This document shows, piece by piece, positions 28,531-37,843 of a stretch of DNA of 64,000 nucleotides. The stretch lies in the IMG/VR virus record IMGVR_UViG_3300025000_000008. One strand, given 5' to 3'. Each line of letters opens with the position of its first letter. Within the stretch, counting starts at the first letter, position 1. This stretch comes from an uncultured virus (IMG/VR IMGVR_UViG_3300025000_000008) (Duplodnaviria; Heunggongvirae; Uroviricota; Caudoviricetes). The notes under the pieces were generated by a model. It was not told the origin of the DNA and made no database searches. It saw nothing but the letters and a program-made list of their open reading frames with translations. Position numbers and translations under genes: made by a program.

Positions 28531-28901
28531 GTTATCTCGGCCTTGGACTCATCCGACATACCGCTGAGTCTCATTCCGGCATTAGTGACTAAGGCAACGG
28601 CCTTGCCGGATTTCTTGGCGAGATCAGGAAGATCCAGATCGGAAAATAAAAGCTTTCCGTCCTCATCGATTACCGTTGCGATAAATACTCGGAGCCGCAA
28701 ACCAAATACCCTCAGTTCCGGGTACTGGTATTTGCCATCATCATCTTTCATATCCCGCTGCACTATCCAGCGGTCGAAGAGATCCCGTTGTTCGGCATCC
28801 ATCTCCTGAACCAAAACATCCCCGCCCCACTCTGGAACTGGAATCGATTCACGCTTCAATGCCGGAGCCCTAAAAATATCTTTCTTACCCAATACTGTCA
28901 T
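28467..28901 (-). CDS. Tail assembly chaperone (G-like)
   Basis: VPEWGGDV, DEDGKLLFS, ends ...KNSE; between tail tube and tape measure. Confidence 0.85.
   Translation of the reverse strand: MTVLGKKDIFRAPALKRESIPVPEWGGDVLVQEMDAEQRDLFDRWIVQRDMKDDDGKYQYPELRVFGLRLRVFIATVIDEDGKLLFSDLDLPDLAKKSGKAVALVTNAGMRLSGMSDESKAEITKNSEPVSNEDSPSDSASNLE
28524..28530 (-). promoter_or_regulatory. Programmed -1 ribosomal frameshift heptamer A_AAA_AAC
   Basis: XXXYYYZ heptamer in correct phase near the chaperone 3' end; -1 frame open to 28129. Confidence 0.85.
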
Positions 28902-28958
28902 GTGGTTTCTCCTATAGCTGGTTGGTGGTTTATAAAAACGGACAAACATCTCAGAATA

Positions 28959-29375
28959 TTACGTGGACAGAATTACCTGACCGGAAATCTTGATCGATAC
29001 GGTGGCCGTGACCTTATTATCCATAGGAATGGCCATACCCAGATCAACGACGAGGCCCGAGAAGTCCAGGGTGGTTCCATCCGGCAGATTGATCTGATAA
29101 TCAACGAGGGTTTCAATCTCGAAGTCATCATTCAGATCCTCGTATCCCTGCCTGGTAAAGTTCATTTCCAGTTCTACCGTGCCGGCATCTCGGAAAGAAG
29201 CAATAAACTCACGATAACCGCCGGCGGAATCCAGTGAGGTAACATCGATAGTCTCCCTGGTTTTGTTTGGGCCGGTGATGGAATTAATCTCGGCAATCGC
29301 GGTAAAAAGCGCAGCCGAGCTTGTCATATCCGACCGTTTAAAAGTTGTTCCTACTCCCGAAAAAGCATCACTCAT
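28959..29375 (-). CDS. Major tail tube protein
   Basis: IAEINSITGP...ETIDVT.LDS.GGYREFI...DAG; IKISG. Confidence 0.92.
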   Translation of the reverse strand: MSDAFSGVGTTFKRSDMTSSAALFTAIAEINSITGPNKTRETIDVTSLDSAGGYREFIASFRDAGTVELEMNFTRQGYEDLNDDFEIETLVDYQINLPDGTTLDFSGLVVDLGMAIPMDNKVTATVSIKISGQVILST

Positions 29376-29385
29376 AACTTCCTCC

Positions 29386-29793
29386 TTATGTCCTTTGAAT
29401 TTGCAGCGTACTGGAAAACATGGGTCTTCCTTTCGAATCGTTTCCTATGTGAAAAACATCCCCTAGCATCCACAGCTGGATATACTTGGTGTTGTTGATC
29501 GTTATGTTCGCCAAACCATGAAGGCAATCGGCTAATGTCTCGGCTTGATCATATGCTGAGGTATATCCGCCGACTTTTCCTCTTGTTAATAGTTGAATGG
29601 TTGGGTTTCTAATGTTATTCGGGTTTGGTGGACTGCCTGGGGTATCCAGTAAAACGGTAGCTATATTATCCGTTTCGGGAAGAACCGATATAAAAAGGTT
29701 CGTTCCGAAAATCAAATCAATGGGGAAAGATGAACTGGAATCACCGGAAAGATCAACCAGATAATCTTTTATATCTTCAGCGCAAGATTTCAT
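29386..29793 (-). CDS. Tail terminator / minor capsid-family protein
   Basis: GTNLFI..LP, DTPG, P.IQ...RG, IG.D..GRP.FS. Confidence 0.75.
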   Translation of the reverse strand: MKSCAEDIKDYLVDLSGDSSSSFPIDLIFGTNLFISVLPETDNIATVLLDTPGSPPNPNNIRNPTIQLLTRGKVGGYTSAYDQAETLADCLHGLANITINNTKYIQLWMLGDVFHIGNDSKGRPMFSSTLQIQRT

Positions 29794-30284
29794 TTCTTTA
29801 TCTTTGCCCACTTAACTAAAATTCTAAGGATTCTGTCTTTATTTTTCAGTAAAGCCTTTTGGAGAAACTTATTACCACCCTGATTGAAGTTATAATGTGA
29901 TGGCATTTCATGAACAAAAAGGGCATAAAAAGCTGTATATCCTACAATTCCAACCAAGCGCCATTTATCGCTTCCAACTATCCCCTTGGCCTGAAACATA
30001 GCTGAAGAATGACCATTAATTAACTTTGCAGTATCATCTTTTAAAACCCCACCTGCCGTTTTTTTCTGTCTAAATTTTGGGGCATTATTGTCTGAATCAT
30101 TTCCGGTTACCATAATAAAGGCGCTTCCCCGGAGATTACTCAGATCGACTGGTGTTCCTTTAACAGAGTCATACTTGACCACCAAGCAGGCTTCGGTCAA
30201 TCCCTCTACGGTATTGAGTTGGATATTGGCTATTTCTTTATTCAGGTTTTTGAGGACATTCGAAAGCCCTTTTAATTCAGCCAT
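29790..30284 (-). CDS. HK97 gp10-like neck/tail-completion protein
   Basis: TPVDLSNLRGS, VGYTA.YA.FVHE, KFLQKAL. Confidence 0.8.
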   Translation of the reverse strand: MAELKGLSNVLKNLNKEIANIQLNTVEGLTEACLVVKYDSVKGTPVDLSNLRGSAFIMVTGNDSDNNAPKFRQKKTAGGVLKDDTAKLINGHSSAMFQAKGIVGSDKWRLVGIVGYTAFYALFVHEMPSHYNFNQGGNKFLQKALLKNKDRILRILVKWAKIKK

Positions 30285-30646
30285 GCTTTCCTCAAGAATT
30301 GATCTGCCTTGATTGTCGGAATCTTTTCAAATCCCTCAATGGTCAATGCCTTCATAGTATCAGGAGTATCATCACTGTCCAAATTAACAAGAAGGCCAAG
30401 TGTCATTCTTCCTTTATATTCAAAGTCGGTTTCTGATAAAACCACGACCTTAGAAAGTAAAGTTTGAATTGCATTCATGGCATCATTCCCCAAAGATCCC
30501 TTGCCATAGGTCAAGAACTCTTCCTGCTTTAACGTCCACCTGACTGAAACTTCTACCGGGGTAAGGTAAGTATAGCCTCCGTATCCATCCGGTGCGTCAG
30601 GGGGCCAATAAATGGCTTTTTGATTAAAGAATTTACCGAGGTTCAT
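30272..30646 (-). CDS. Head closure / head-tail adaptor
   Basis: NQKAIYW....DGYG......PVE..VRW; position. Confidence 0.7.
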   Translation of the reverse strand: MNLGKFFNQKAIYWPPDAPDGYGGYTYLTPVEVSVRWTLKQEEFLTYGKGSLGNDAMNAIQTLLSKVVVLSETDFEYKGRMTLGLLVNLDSDDTPDTMKALTIEGFEKIPTIKADQFLRKAWLN

Positions 30647-31017
30647 TCATGGTACCCAATCGCTGTGATTGAAGCCTTCCTGGGGTATCCGCCCTTGGCG
30701 ATCTTCCCGAGTATCCCGCTTGTATCGAGTAGTATTGCCATCTGACCATAAGAGGTCCCATTCAAGCCCATTCCCCATTGGCCTTGATATGATTCTGATA
30801 GAACATCAACTCCAGTTGACTTGGTCCTGGGATCTCTCAAGGAAAGAACATGAGCTGCTACATATCTCTCAATTTCTTTCAAGGCTTCGTCAGATAAATC
30901 AGCCAATCCAAGATGGGCGGTTACCAGCATATTCGCGGTCGTGATGAAAACCGTAATATCGGTCAAGGAAGTATCGATGATCGCAAGGACTTCTTCTGTC
31001 GTTACTCGATTTGCCAT
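30643..31017 (-). CDS. Head-tail connector protein
   Basis: IERYVAAH, GL..T.YGQ....LD..G.L. Confidence 0.75.
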   Translation of the reverse strand: MANRVTTEEVLAIIDTSLTDITVFITTANMLVTAHLGLADLSDEALKEIERYVAAHVLSLRDPRTKSTGVDVLSESYQGQWGMGLNGTSYGQMAILLDTSGILGKIAKGGYPRKASITAIGYHE

Positions 31018-31018
31018 T

Positions 31019-31690
31019 TTAAACCTTTGTATACAAATGCGGATCAATAAAAGCCCGGCAAAGTTTTTCTTGCCAGGTGAGACCAAAGGATTCAATCAGT
31101 TTTTGAGCGGGTTCGAAATTGCCGGCGATCAATTCTGACGGCCAGAATTCCGTAACATTCAATCCTGCGGTTTTCATTTCGGCAAAACGCCGCTCATGAA
31201 CATCAACCCAAGACTGCCAGCCAGCGGCATCTCTATAGGCCCGCATGAATCTTGTTTTTTGACAACTTGCTACAATCCCGGCATGTTCCCGTTTGACTAT
31301 AACCCACTTTGCCTCCGGGAATGCAAGATGCCACAAATACCAGAGGTGGCAGGACTTTGGGCATTTATAAAACCATTCTCCATCTCGATACCCTTGATGT
31401 TGGATAACGAGTTGAACCCGACCCCGAAAAGCTTTGGCTTCATTGGCAGAGACTTCAAATACCTGCCGATTATTTGGGAGGGGTTTCTGTGCCGATGGGT
31501 CGCAACCAATCTTCTTTAAATGGGGGCGGACTATATTTAAACGGATCTCGATATTTTCGAAAACCCCCTTCTGGCAAAAGGCATTGGCCCCGTACATATC
31601 CCCACCAAAAGCCCCGCAGATGTTAAAAATACCGGCGGTCATGGAGGTTCCGCTTCTGGCGCAGCCAACAATCAAAATGGGATCTTTCAT
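31019..31690 (-). CDS. Sulfotransferase
   Basis: PAPS-binding loop ILIVGCARSGTS; G.FEN; YKCP; FPEAKWVIVKR. Confidence 0.85.
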   Translation of the reverse strand: MKDPILIVGCARSGTSMTAGIFNICGAFGGDMYGANAFCQKGVFENIEIRLNIVRPHLKKIGCDPSAQKPLPNNRQVFEVSANEAKAFRGRVQLVIQHQGYRDGEWFYKCPKSCHLWYLWHLAFPEAKWVIVKREHAGIVASCQKTRFMRAYRDAAGWQSWVDVHERRFAEMKTAGLNVTEFWPSELIAGNFEPAQKLIESFGLTWQEKLCRAFIDPHLYTKV

Positions 31691-32322
31691 TTGTACTCCT
31701 CGTTGACTTTATTCCATAACTCCGGAACCTCAAACGGTCGTGGGTGACCATGGAACACAAGCACTTTACAATCTGCCGGAATCCCCTCCTGGCATTGGCG
31801 TTTCCATGAATAAATACCGGGAAAGGCTTTCTGCAAAATACGGGGTTGAATATTTCTTTCTTTTAATTTTGACAGGGTATAATCTTCTTCCCCGCGCAAT
31901 CGTTTTGATATTTTTTTGTAATCGAATTCTTTATATAGCCAGGTCCAGTGGTGATTATAAACCATGATCCCGGAAATTGTTTTGATCGGTTTCCGCCAGG
32001 AGTGAATCATCCAAAAATCTTCGTGACCACACCTCTCTGCAATTTTAAAAAGAGGATCAATATTCCCAATAATCATTGTATCGACCCCAACTACAATAGT
32101 CGGACCGACATTTCTAAAGACTTCCGGAACCGACCACCAGCCTGGCCAATTCTCCAGAAGGGGGATGCTTATGACCCCTGGCATTTCATCCTGGCAATCG
32201 GTATAACAAACAAAATCATAATCTATTGTCGTATGTTTCTTAACCTGAGCAGCCAGAAGAGTTACATGTTCTGGTTTATAATCTCCGCCAAGTTTCAGGA
32301 CGCAGGCAAAAGTCGGTTTCAT
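31687..32322 (-). CDS. Glycosyltransferase (GT-A-like)
   Basis: CVLKLGGDY.PEHV, FVCYTD, WPGWWS, GVDT, SGIM, FHG.PRP. Confidence 0.8.
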   Translation of the reverse strand: MKPTFACVLKLGGDYKPEHVTLLAAQVKKHTTIDYDFVCYTDCQDEMPGVISIPLLENWPGWWSVPEVFRNVGPTIVVGVDTMIIGNIDPLFKIAERCGHEDFWMIHSWRKPIKTISGIMVYNHHWTWLYKEFDYKKISKRLRGEEDYTLSKLKERNIQPRILQKAFPGIYSWKRQCQEGIPADCKVLVFHGHPRPFEVPELWNKVNEEYK

Positions 32323-32966
32323 TTATTCGCCAGCCTCCAAAGTTTCCTGTCGTTCCAGGGTTTGTGTTTTCCGTAAAAAATCATGACCCGGGGATCTCGG
32401 GCCTTACCCCTGAGATAATGGTCTCTGTAACTATATACTCCCAGAACCTTATCCTGAATCGTCCCGATTGTTACCCCGCGATTTAATAAGGACTGGATCT
32501 GGTAATTTTCATCGCCTCGGTATTCAGCTGAAGCTTTTTCAAAATCAAAGTTTTTATACAACCAGCTCCAATCGCCATTCCAAATCTGCATTCCATTGAT
32601 TACCTGGCCAAGATGCCAGAAGGAAGCCAGAAGAAAAAACTCATTGGGGCTGACGTCGCAAGCAAACTCCAGAATGTGATCAATATTCCCCAGAAATAAG
32701 GTGTCAAGGCCGACGATAATTGAAGGGCCTTGGTGTTTCCAAAGTTCAACGCAGGACCACCAGCCGGGATAATCTTTTTCAAGCCGAATAACAGTTATGG
32801 AATCAAGATGATCAAGTGAATCAGGATCATCGGTATAACAAACAAATTCGCAATCAATAGTTGTATTTTTCAGGACTTGACTATACAAAGCGGCAATATG
32901 CTCGGCTTTATAAACCCCGCCGGTTCGATAACAACAAACTATTGAAGGGATTTGATTCATAACCAT
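32319..32966 (-). CDS. Glycosyltransferase (paralogue of 31687-32322)
   Basis: GGVY..EHI, FVCYTD, YPGWWS, GLDT, GDENY, FYG..KPW. Confidence 0.8.
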   Translation of the reverse strand: MVMNQIPSIVCCYRTGGVYKAEHIAALYSQVLKNTTIDCEFVCYTDDPDSLDHLDSITVIRLEKDYPGWWSCVELWKHQGPSIIVGLDTLFLGNIDHILEFACDVSPNEFFLLASFWHLGQVINGMQIWNGDWSWLYKNFDFEKASAEYRGDENYQIQSLLNRGVTIGTIQDKVLGVYSYRDHYLRGKARDPRVMIFYGKHKPWNDRKLWRLANK

Positions 32967-33448
32967 TCACTCTCCGGAACCCGACCAACCATCGTTTGCT
33001 TACCGCCGACCATCCCCCACTTCTCGCCGGCGGGGATATCCTTACGGACAAATGTACCGGCATAAATAAAGGAGTTAGAACCGATCCTCACCCCTGGGCA
33101 GATAATAGACCCGGCTCCGATCCTTACTCCATTACCAATAATGGGGCCTTGGATATTCGGAATTGTCCGCCCCTGATTGGCAATATTCTTTTCGTTGGTC
33201 ATAATCACTCCAGGGCCGAAGAAAACATTATTGCCGATCTTGGCTTCGCCGGTGATATGGCACTGGCTCTGAATCGTCACGTTGTTACCGATAGTTGTAT
33301 CCCGCTCAACCACGACGCCATGACCAATCACGGTTCCGGCTCCGATCTTGACGTTATCCCGAATGACGCAGAAATGGTAAATCTTTGCCGTCGGATCAAT
33401 CTGGACGCCTTTGTCGATGATTACATGCTCACTGATATTTCCCTGCAT
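32957..33448 (-). CDS. Hexapeptide-repeat (left-handed beta-helix) acyltransferase
   Basis: IGxxxx hexapeptide repeats; FGPGVIMTN; WbpD-like layout. Confidence 0.88.
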   Translation of the reverse strand: MQGNISEHVIIDKGVQIDPTAKIYHFCVIRDNVKIGAGTVIGHGVVVERDTTIGNNVTIQSQCHITGEAKIGNNVFFGPGVIMTNEKNIANQGRTIPNIQGPIIGNGVRIGAGSIICPGVRIGSNSFIYAGTFVRKDIPAGEKWGMVGGKQTMVGRVPESEWL

Positions 33449-34074
33449 ATTTCCTCGAATGGTTTATAAGGAATGATTGTAAGCGCACTGTCTGGCGTAC
33501 AGTTTATAATTTCAAGGCCAATCCGCGCTGCATCTTTGACGATATATGGCCAACCTTTCATAAAGCGGGGATAAGGGTCGGTCAACTTGCCCGGCTTCTG
33601 GAATCTTTTCTCATACTCATTATGCCAATGAGTATTGTCTTTTACATCGGCTGGATTCTTCATATCAAACCCAAGAAGAATAACCCGCTTGGCACCAAGC
33701 CAATAGGCCAAACTTATTGCTGAGGCCCCGGAGTTCGAGTTCCAGGCGACATGTGTTCGTTTGACATATTCAATCCCGTATTGCTTGGATCGATTTACGT
33801 ATTTGATATTGGGGAATCGATTCTGCTCAGTCGCTGCGGAACAGGTGGCGATTATTCCGCCGTATTCCCGTAGTTTCTTAGCATTGGTATAACCCCATTC
33901 CTTATCCCCGTACCAGCAGATATCGACCCAAGGACCGAGCGAGAAGGCGTGATTTACGCCGATTACCCGCTGGGTATGAATAGGGGTCAAATCCTGCTGC
34001 AGAAGCGAAGGCCCACCGCCGATGATAAATACGGTGGAGCCTGGCCATAACTCGGGGATAGTCCAGAGTGGCAT
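33421..34074 (-). CDS. Maf/DUF115/GT42-like transferase
   Basis: VFIIGGGPSL, VIGVN, NSG..AI.LAY.LGAKRVILLGFDM, HWH, IINCTP.SAL. Confidence 0.75.
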   Translation of the reverse strand: MPLWTIPELWPGSTVFIIGGGPSLLQQDLTPIHTQRVIGVNHAFSLGPWVDICWYGDKEWGYTNAKKLREYGGIIATCSAATEQNRFPNIKYVNRSKQYGIEYVKRTHVAWNSNSGASAISLAYWLGAKRVILLGFDMKNPADVKDNTHWHNEYEKRFQKPGKLTDPYPRFMKGWPYIVKDAARIGLEIINCTPDSALTIIPYKPFEEICREISVSM

Positions 34075-34076
34075 GA

Positions 34077-34622
34077 TTATTCCTCGGTCATGGAGGTAAT
34101 AATTGCGGCCCTGAGATCATCCTCGGTTTCGTACTCGTCGAGTATTTCGATCTCGCTTTTTTCCATCATCTCCACGAGCTGATCCCAGTTCATTCCGTCA
34201 AGTTCTTTTTTCAATTCTTCTTTGACGGTCAAGGCGAGTTTGTCGGATTCTTCAACCAACTTCCCGAGGGCCGCTTGTGCTTCTGCTTTTTTCAACGGCT
34301 TATCATTCAAGGGCTTGTCGGGATTATCCGGATTGATAATATCAAACCGGGTTTTGCTCTTACCGTGAGGAATGATTATTGGTCCTTTAGCATCAGGAGA
34401 ATCTAAAGCAGGTCTAGGATTTCCTGAATCATCAATTGGATTCTCGATAGGATCAAGACATTCATAATGCCTGGCTGCACCGCCAAGGGCCGATTCCGGA
34501 ACAAGAACGGGGATTACCATCCCAGACGTAATGGTATATTTCACCCCTTCGTACCAAAACGAATGGGTTCCGGTCCGGTCTTTCTTTTTCCACCTGTGAA
34601 GTTGGTTCATTTTTAACTCCAT
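34077..34622 (-). CDS. Post-capsid protein with C-terminal Rho_N/HeH-like helical domain
   Basis: LDGMNWDQL...EDDLRAAI; position after the capsid gene. Confidence 0.5.
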   Translation of the reverse strand: MELKMNQLHRWKKKDRTGTHSFWYEGVKYTITSGMVIPVLVPESALGGAARHYECLDPIENPIDDSGNPRPALDSPDAKGPIIIPHGKSKTRFDIINPDNPDKPLNDKPLKKAEAQAALGKLVEESDKLALTVKEELKKELDGMNWDQLVEMMEKSEIEILDEYETEDDLRAAIITSMTEE

Positions 34623-34634
34623 ATCTGATTGGTT

Positions 34635-34670
34635 TCAAAAGAATGATGAGAATAAACCCTCATCATTCTT
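34635..34670 (-). terminator. Terminator after the major capsid gene
   Basis: AAGAATGATGAG / CTCATCATTCTT inverted repeat with a T-run on the - strand. Confidence 0.7.
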
Positions 34671-34698
34671 GATATGTTCTTGCATTTAATCGATCAGC

Positions 34699-35754
34699 TT
34701 ACGACAACAGGCAGATGCCGCAGTTGCCGTTCTGGTCAGCCCGAATCTGCGGGACCATGATTGTCAGGACTTTGTAGTTGGTGACGAATCCGCCGCCTTC
34801 CTGCCATTCGACCGTATTGATCGGCAAGCCTTCAACCATCCGGACCGTCTCAGGATTCATCTCAACCAACAGAACCTTATCAATCGGCAGGTAATCAAGG
34901 ACTTTTACATCGGCGATATTACTGATACCAAGGATGCGCTCCCGAATGGTCTTGTCGCTTTCGCTCTTGTAGTCATCGTCAAGAACCGTTTCGTAATTCG
35001 GAGGAACATACAGGACATACGGGCCGTAGTGATGGGCGTCGATGTTTGCCTGTTTCATGGCGCGAACATCATCAAGGATATCTTCACCGGTCGTGCCGGA
35101 GGCATCCCAATGAGCAGCAAGGGTCACATCATTATTCTGCGGGAAATCAACATACCCATAAATGGTGCCGCCACCATAGGTATATGAACTGGCGCCGTTG
35201 ACGAGCATGTTCTCAACTTTCTCAGCGACAACTCGACCGGCGGCAGCAGCAGAAGTAACATCGATTCCATTGCCGAGTCTCCGACCTTCAGCCAGGAAGC
35301 GGCTATTGAAGGAGAAGTCCTTATGGGCAATCGGCAGAGGCAAGGAGTTGAGACCGTATTCCAAGCGATCCTTCTGAGTCTTGGAAATGGCATCCATGGT
35401 CAGCTCCGCCTCGGTGAACTCTCCCATATCCTGGTATTGCAGGACGGTCTGGGCCAGGCCATTACCTATCCGGTAAACCAAATTCCGGGAATAAAGATCG
35501 GCAACGGCGCTGAGTCGTGCTTGTGCGGCCATGAGAACCGCCGTATCCATTTGAATCCACTCATCCTTACGAAGAGTAGCGGTATTGATCCGCATAGCGG
35601 CCGCTTTACCATTTACAATTATCGTCTGGTAAGCATATCCATCAGTCCCGATCCACGGTTTCAGGACATTGACATCCATTCCGCTGTTGAGCAATCTTTG
35701 CGCAAGCGGGCCACCACCGAGGGAGGTAGCATCGAGTACATAACCTTTGTTCAT
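34699..35754 (-). CDS. Major capsid protein (HK97 fold, encapsulin/linocin-like subfamily)
   Basis: LRKDEW..MD.AV, PLPIAHKDF, VAEKVE, YGPYVLY, VPQIRAD; follows protease and decoration genes. Confidence 0.88.
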   Translation of the reverse strand: MNKGYVLDATSLGGGPLAQRLLNSGMDVNVLKPWIGTDGYAYQTIIVNGKAAAMRINTATLRKDEWIQMDTAVLMAAQARLSAVADLYSRNLVYRIGNGLAQTVLQYQDMGEFTEAELTMDAISKTQKDRLEYGLNSLPLPIAHKDFSFNSRFLAEGRRLGNGIDVTSAAAAGRVVAEKVENMLVNGASSYTYGGGTIYGYVDFPQNNDVTLAAHWDASGTTGEDILDDVRAMKQANIDAHHYGPYVLYVPPNYETVLDDDYKSESDKTIRERILGISNIADVKVLDYLPIDKVLLVEMNPETVRMVEGLPINTVEWQEGGGFVTNYKVLTIMVPQIRADQNGNCGICLLS

Positions 35755-35803
35755 TTCTTTCTCCTATTCAAAGTTTGACCGATAAAAATCGAATCGAATA
35801 TTA

Positions 35804-36289
35804 TTAGATGATTTCGACTGCAAAAAGCCCAGTCGGATCTTCCCCGGTAGAGCCAGACATATCGCAGGCTTCGGCAGCCTGACCAATAATAGCCTCGGGG
35901 TAAATAATCGGGGTATCGCTGGAGCTATTCGCATTCAGGATTGGATCATGTTTGCGAAGCTCACCGCCACCTGCTGATTCAACGAAGTCGCCAGCAACGA
36001 CCGATTCCCCATCTGCCAGCCGGCAAAGAATTTCCGCACCGCGCTGGGGGATGATGCAACGAATGAGAGAACTGTTTGCATAGGCGTCGGTAATCGTCTT
36101 GCCCTGGCCTTCATCTTCCATGGCAAACATCTTCACGGCGTTTCCGCCAGCAGTAGCATGAACTCGAACGGTTCCGCCAGTGATGACCTCAATCAAATGG
36201 CCGGGCTTAATAGCAGCGGCAGTTGAGGTTTTGAATTTGGTAAGAACATCCCCCAAGAGAGGGATTGTTTTTCTACGTGTATCAGCCAT
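35804..36289 (-). CDS. Capsid decoration/cement protein
   Basis: AIKPGHL, H.TAGG, GD.VES.G.G.LRK; directly upstream of the capsid gene. Confidence 0.7.
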   Translation of the reverse strand: MADTRRKTIPLLGDVLTKFKTSTAAAIKPGHLIEVITGGTVRVHATAGGNAVKMFAMEDEGQGKTITDAYANSSLIRCIIPQRGAEILCRLADGESVVAGDFVESAGGGELRKHDPILNANSSSDTPIIYPEAIIGQAAEACDMSGSTGEDPTGLFAVEII

Positions 36290-36349
36290 TTTATTGCTCC
36301 TTTCAAAAGGGATTTTTGTTTAAATCGGGCCGTAGTCAGACCGAGTCGT

Positions 36350-37828
36350 TTACTGCTTCGTGGCGAAAATATCCTCAAGAGTCCGAGGAACATAGGCCTC
36401 TTCGCCGGGGCCTTCACCCTCATTGACTATCGTCTCGCCGGGGCTGCGGCCAGAAAAATTCGGCCGAGATGTAGGCTTGACCGGGATCAAGGCAGCGATG
36501 GATTCCAACATGGAAACATCCATTCCTTTCAGGGCATCTTCCTTGAAGGTATTCTGTTCATTGGCAATAATGCGGGTGATCAGGTTCGCCCTCTTATTGT
36601 CGAGTTCCCGCAGGCCAGAATTCAAGACGGCCCGGATCTCAGGGGGTGCCGAATTCAAGAATCCGGTCAGATCAACCGGTGCGGCGGGAGCGGCTACTGG
36701 AGCTTCCGTTTTCACAGGCTCCGTCGCCACCTCATCATTGGAGATCAGTTTTTCAATCTGCGCATCATTCAGGCTGGTCAACCATTCGCGATCAGTCTCC
36801 GCGAAAGCATTCTTGTCGTTTGCGATGAGGGCGTTAATTTTTGCCTCACAGCATTTCTTTCCTTTTGTCTCTGCCATTGTTCCCTCCTTTAGGGTGTTGG
36901 TATTGGCAAGTTGTACTGCGCCCTCATTGGCTTTTGGTTTATAGGTAATTTCCTCAACGACCTCTGCGGCCGGAGTTGGAAAACTCAATTCGCCATTGTC
37001 ATCGACGGCATATTCCTGTTTCAATAGAACTTCAATTTCTGGTTGGTTCGGTCTTCGAACTCTTTGTTTGTAAATAAAATGATCCGAGTAAATAGCCCGG
37101 GTGAAATTAATAATTATTGACTGATCAGTGTTCCGATCGTATACGTCCATGGAGTCAATATAAATCCGTATTCTCTCCTGCAATGCCATAAGATCGAGGC
37201 TATTGATGAGGATGATATGCGATTCTTTATTCTTCACGGCGGTATTAAAACGAACCCCGCAACCATCATTCCAGGAACATGCCCCAGTCGAATTGGGCAG
37301 TAGGGCCAGATGATCCGGCATCATATCGATTATACTTGCGGAAAACTCTTCGTTATTCCAAATGCCGGCCGTTCCATCATCAAGGGCCATCATGCCGGTG
37401 GATACCTCAAGATTTCCCCCATTCTCGATGAATTGGAGCAGGGCTGGAGAAATAGAAGAAGCCCTGGAAGTATTAATCCAGATATCGGCCTTCAGCTTTC
37501 CATCCTCAAACCTGACATTGGCTATATGACCAATCTGGAATTGCTGACGGATAGTTCCGTCGTGATTGCAGAGAACATGCGTCCCATCAGAAAGAACCGG
37601 ATGACCGACGGTGACTGGCATATTATTCCAAGCAGCAGCGGATCTTTCCAGTACTGCTTGATTATAATAAACCGGGTCTGAACCAATACCGTGATGAACC
37701 CCTTCAACCAACATCACACAAGGGTAAATCTGGTATTCAATATTGCCGACTATCTGCTTGCGAAGGGTCTGTTGCTTCAAGGTGTTTGCGACCGCCTTGG
37801 CGAGCATCATCTGTCTTTCTTTGGTCAT
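36350..37828 (-). CDS. Prohead protease/scaffold (DUF2213-like)
   Basis: WN..PVT.GHP, EVSTG, PDHLALLP...GACS..DGCG; helical scaffold-like C-terminus. Confidence 0.82.
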   Translation of the reverse strand: MTKERQMMLAKAVANTLKQQTLRKQIVGNIEYQIYPCVMLVEGVHHGIGSDPVYYNQAVLERSAAAWNNMPVTVGHPVLSDGTHVLCNHDGTIRQQFQIGHIANVRFEDGKLKADIWINTSRASSISPALLQFIENGGNLEVSTGMMALDDGTAGIWNNEEFSASIIDMMPDHLALLPNSTGACSWNDGCGVRFNTAVKNKESHIILINSLDLMALQERIRIYIDSMDVYDRNTDQSIIINFTRAIYSDHFIYKQRVRRPNQPEIEVLLKQEYAVDDNGELSFPTPAAEVVEEITYKPKANEGAVQLANTNTLKEGTMAETKGKKCCEAKINALIANDKNAFAETDREWLTSLNDAQIEKLISNDEVATEPVKTEAPVAAPAAPVDLTGFLNSAPPEIRAVLNSGLRELDNKRANLITRIIANEQNTFKEDALKGMDVSMLESIAALIPVKPTSRPNFSGRSPGETIVNEGEGPGEEAYVPRTLEDIFATKQ

Positions 37829-37843
37829 TGGATTTTTCTCCTC

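Noticed and set aside
34699..35754. Encapsulin/bacteriocin interpretation
   Set aside because: Context (portal, protease, decoration, neck genes) identifies it as the phage major capsid protein.
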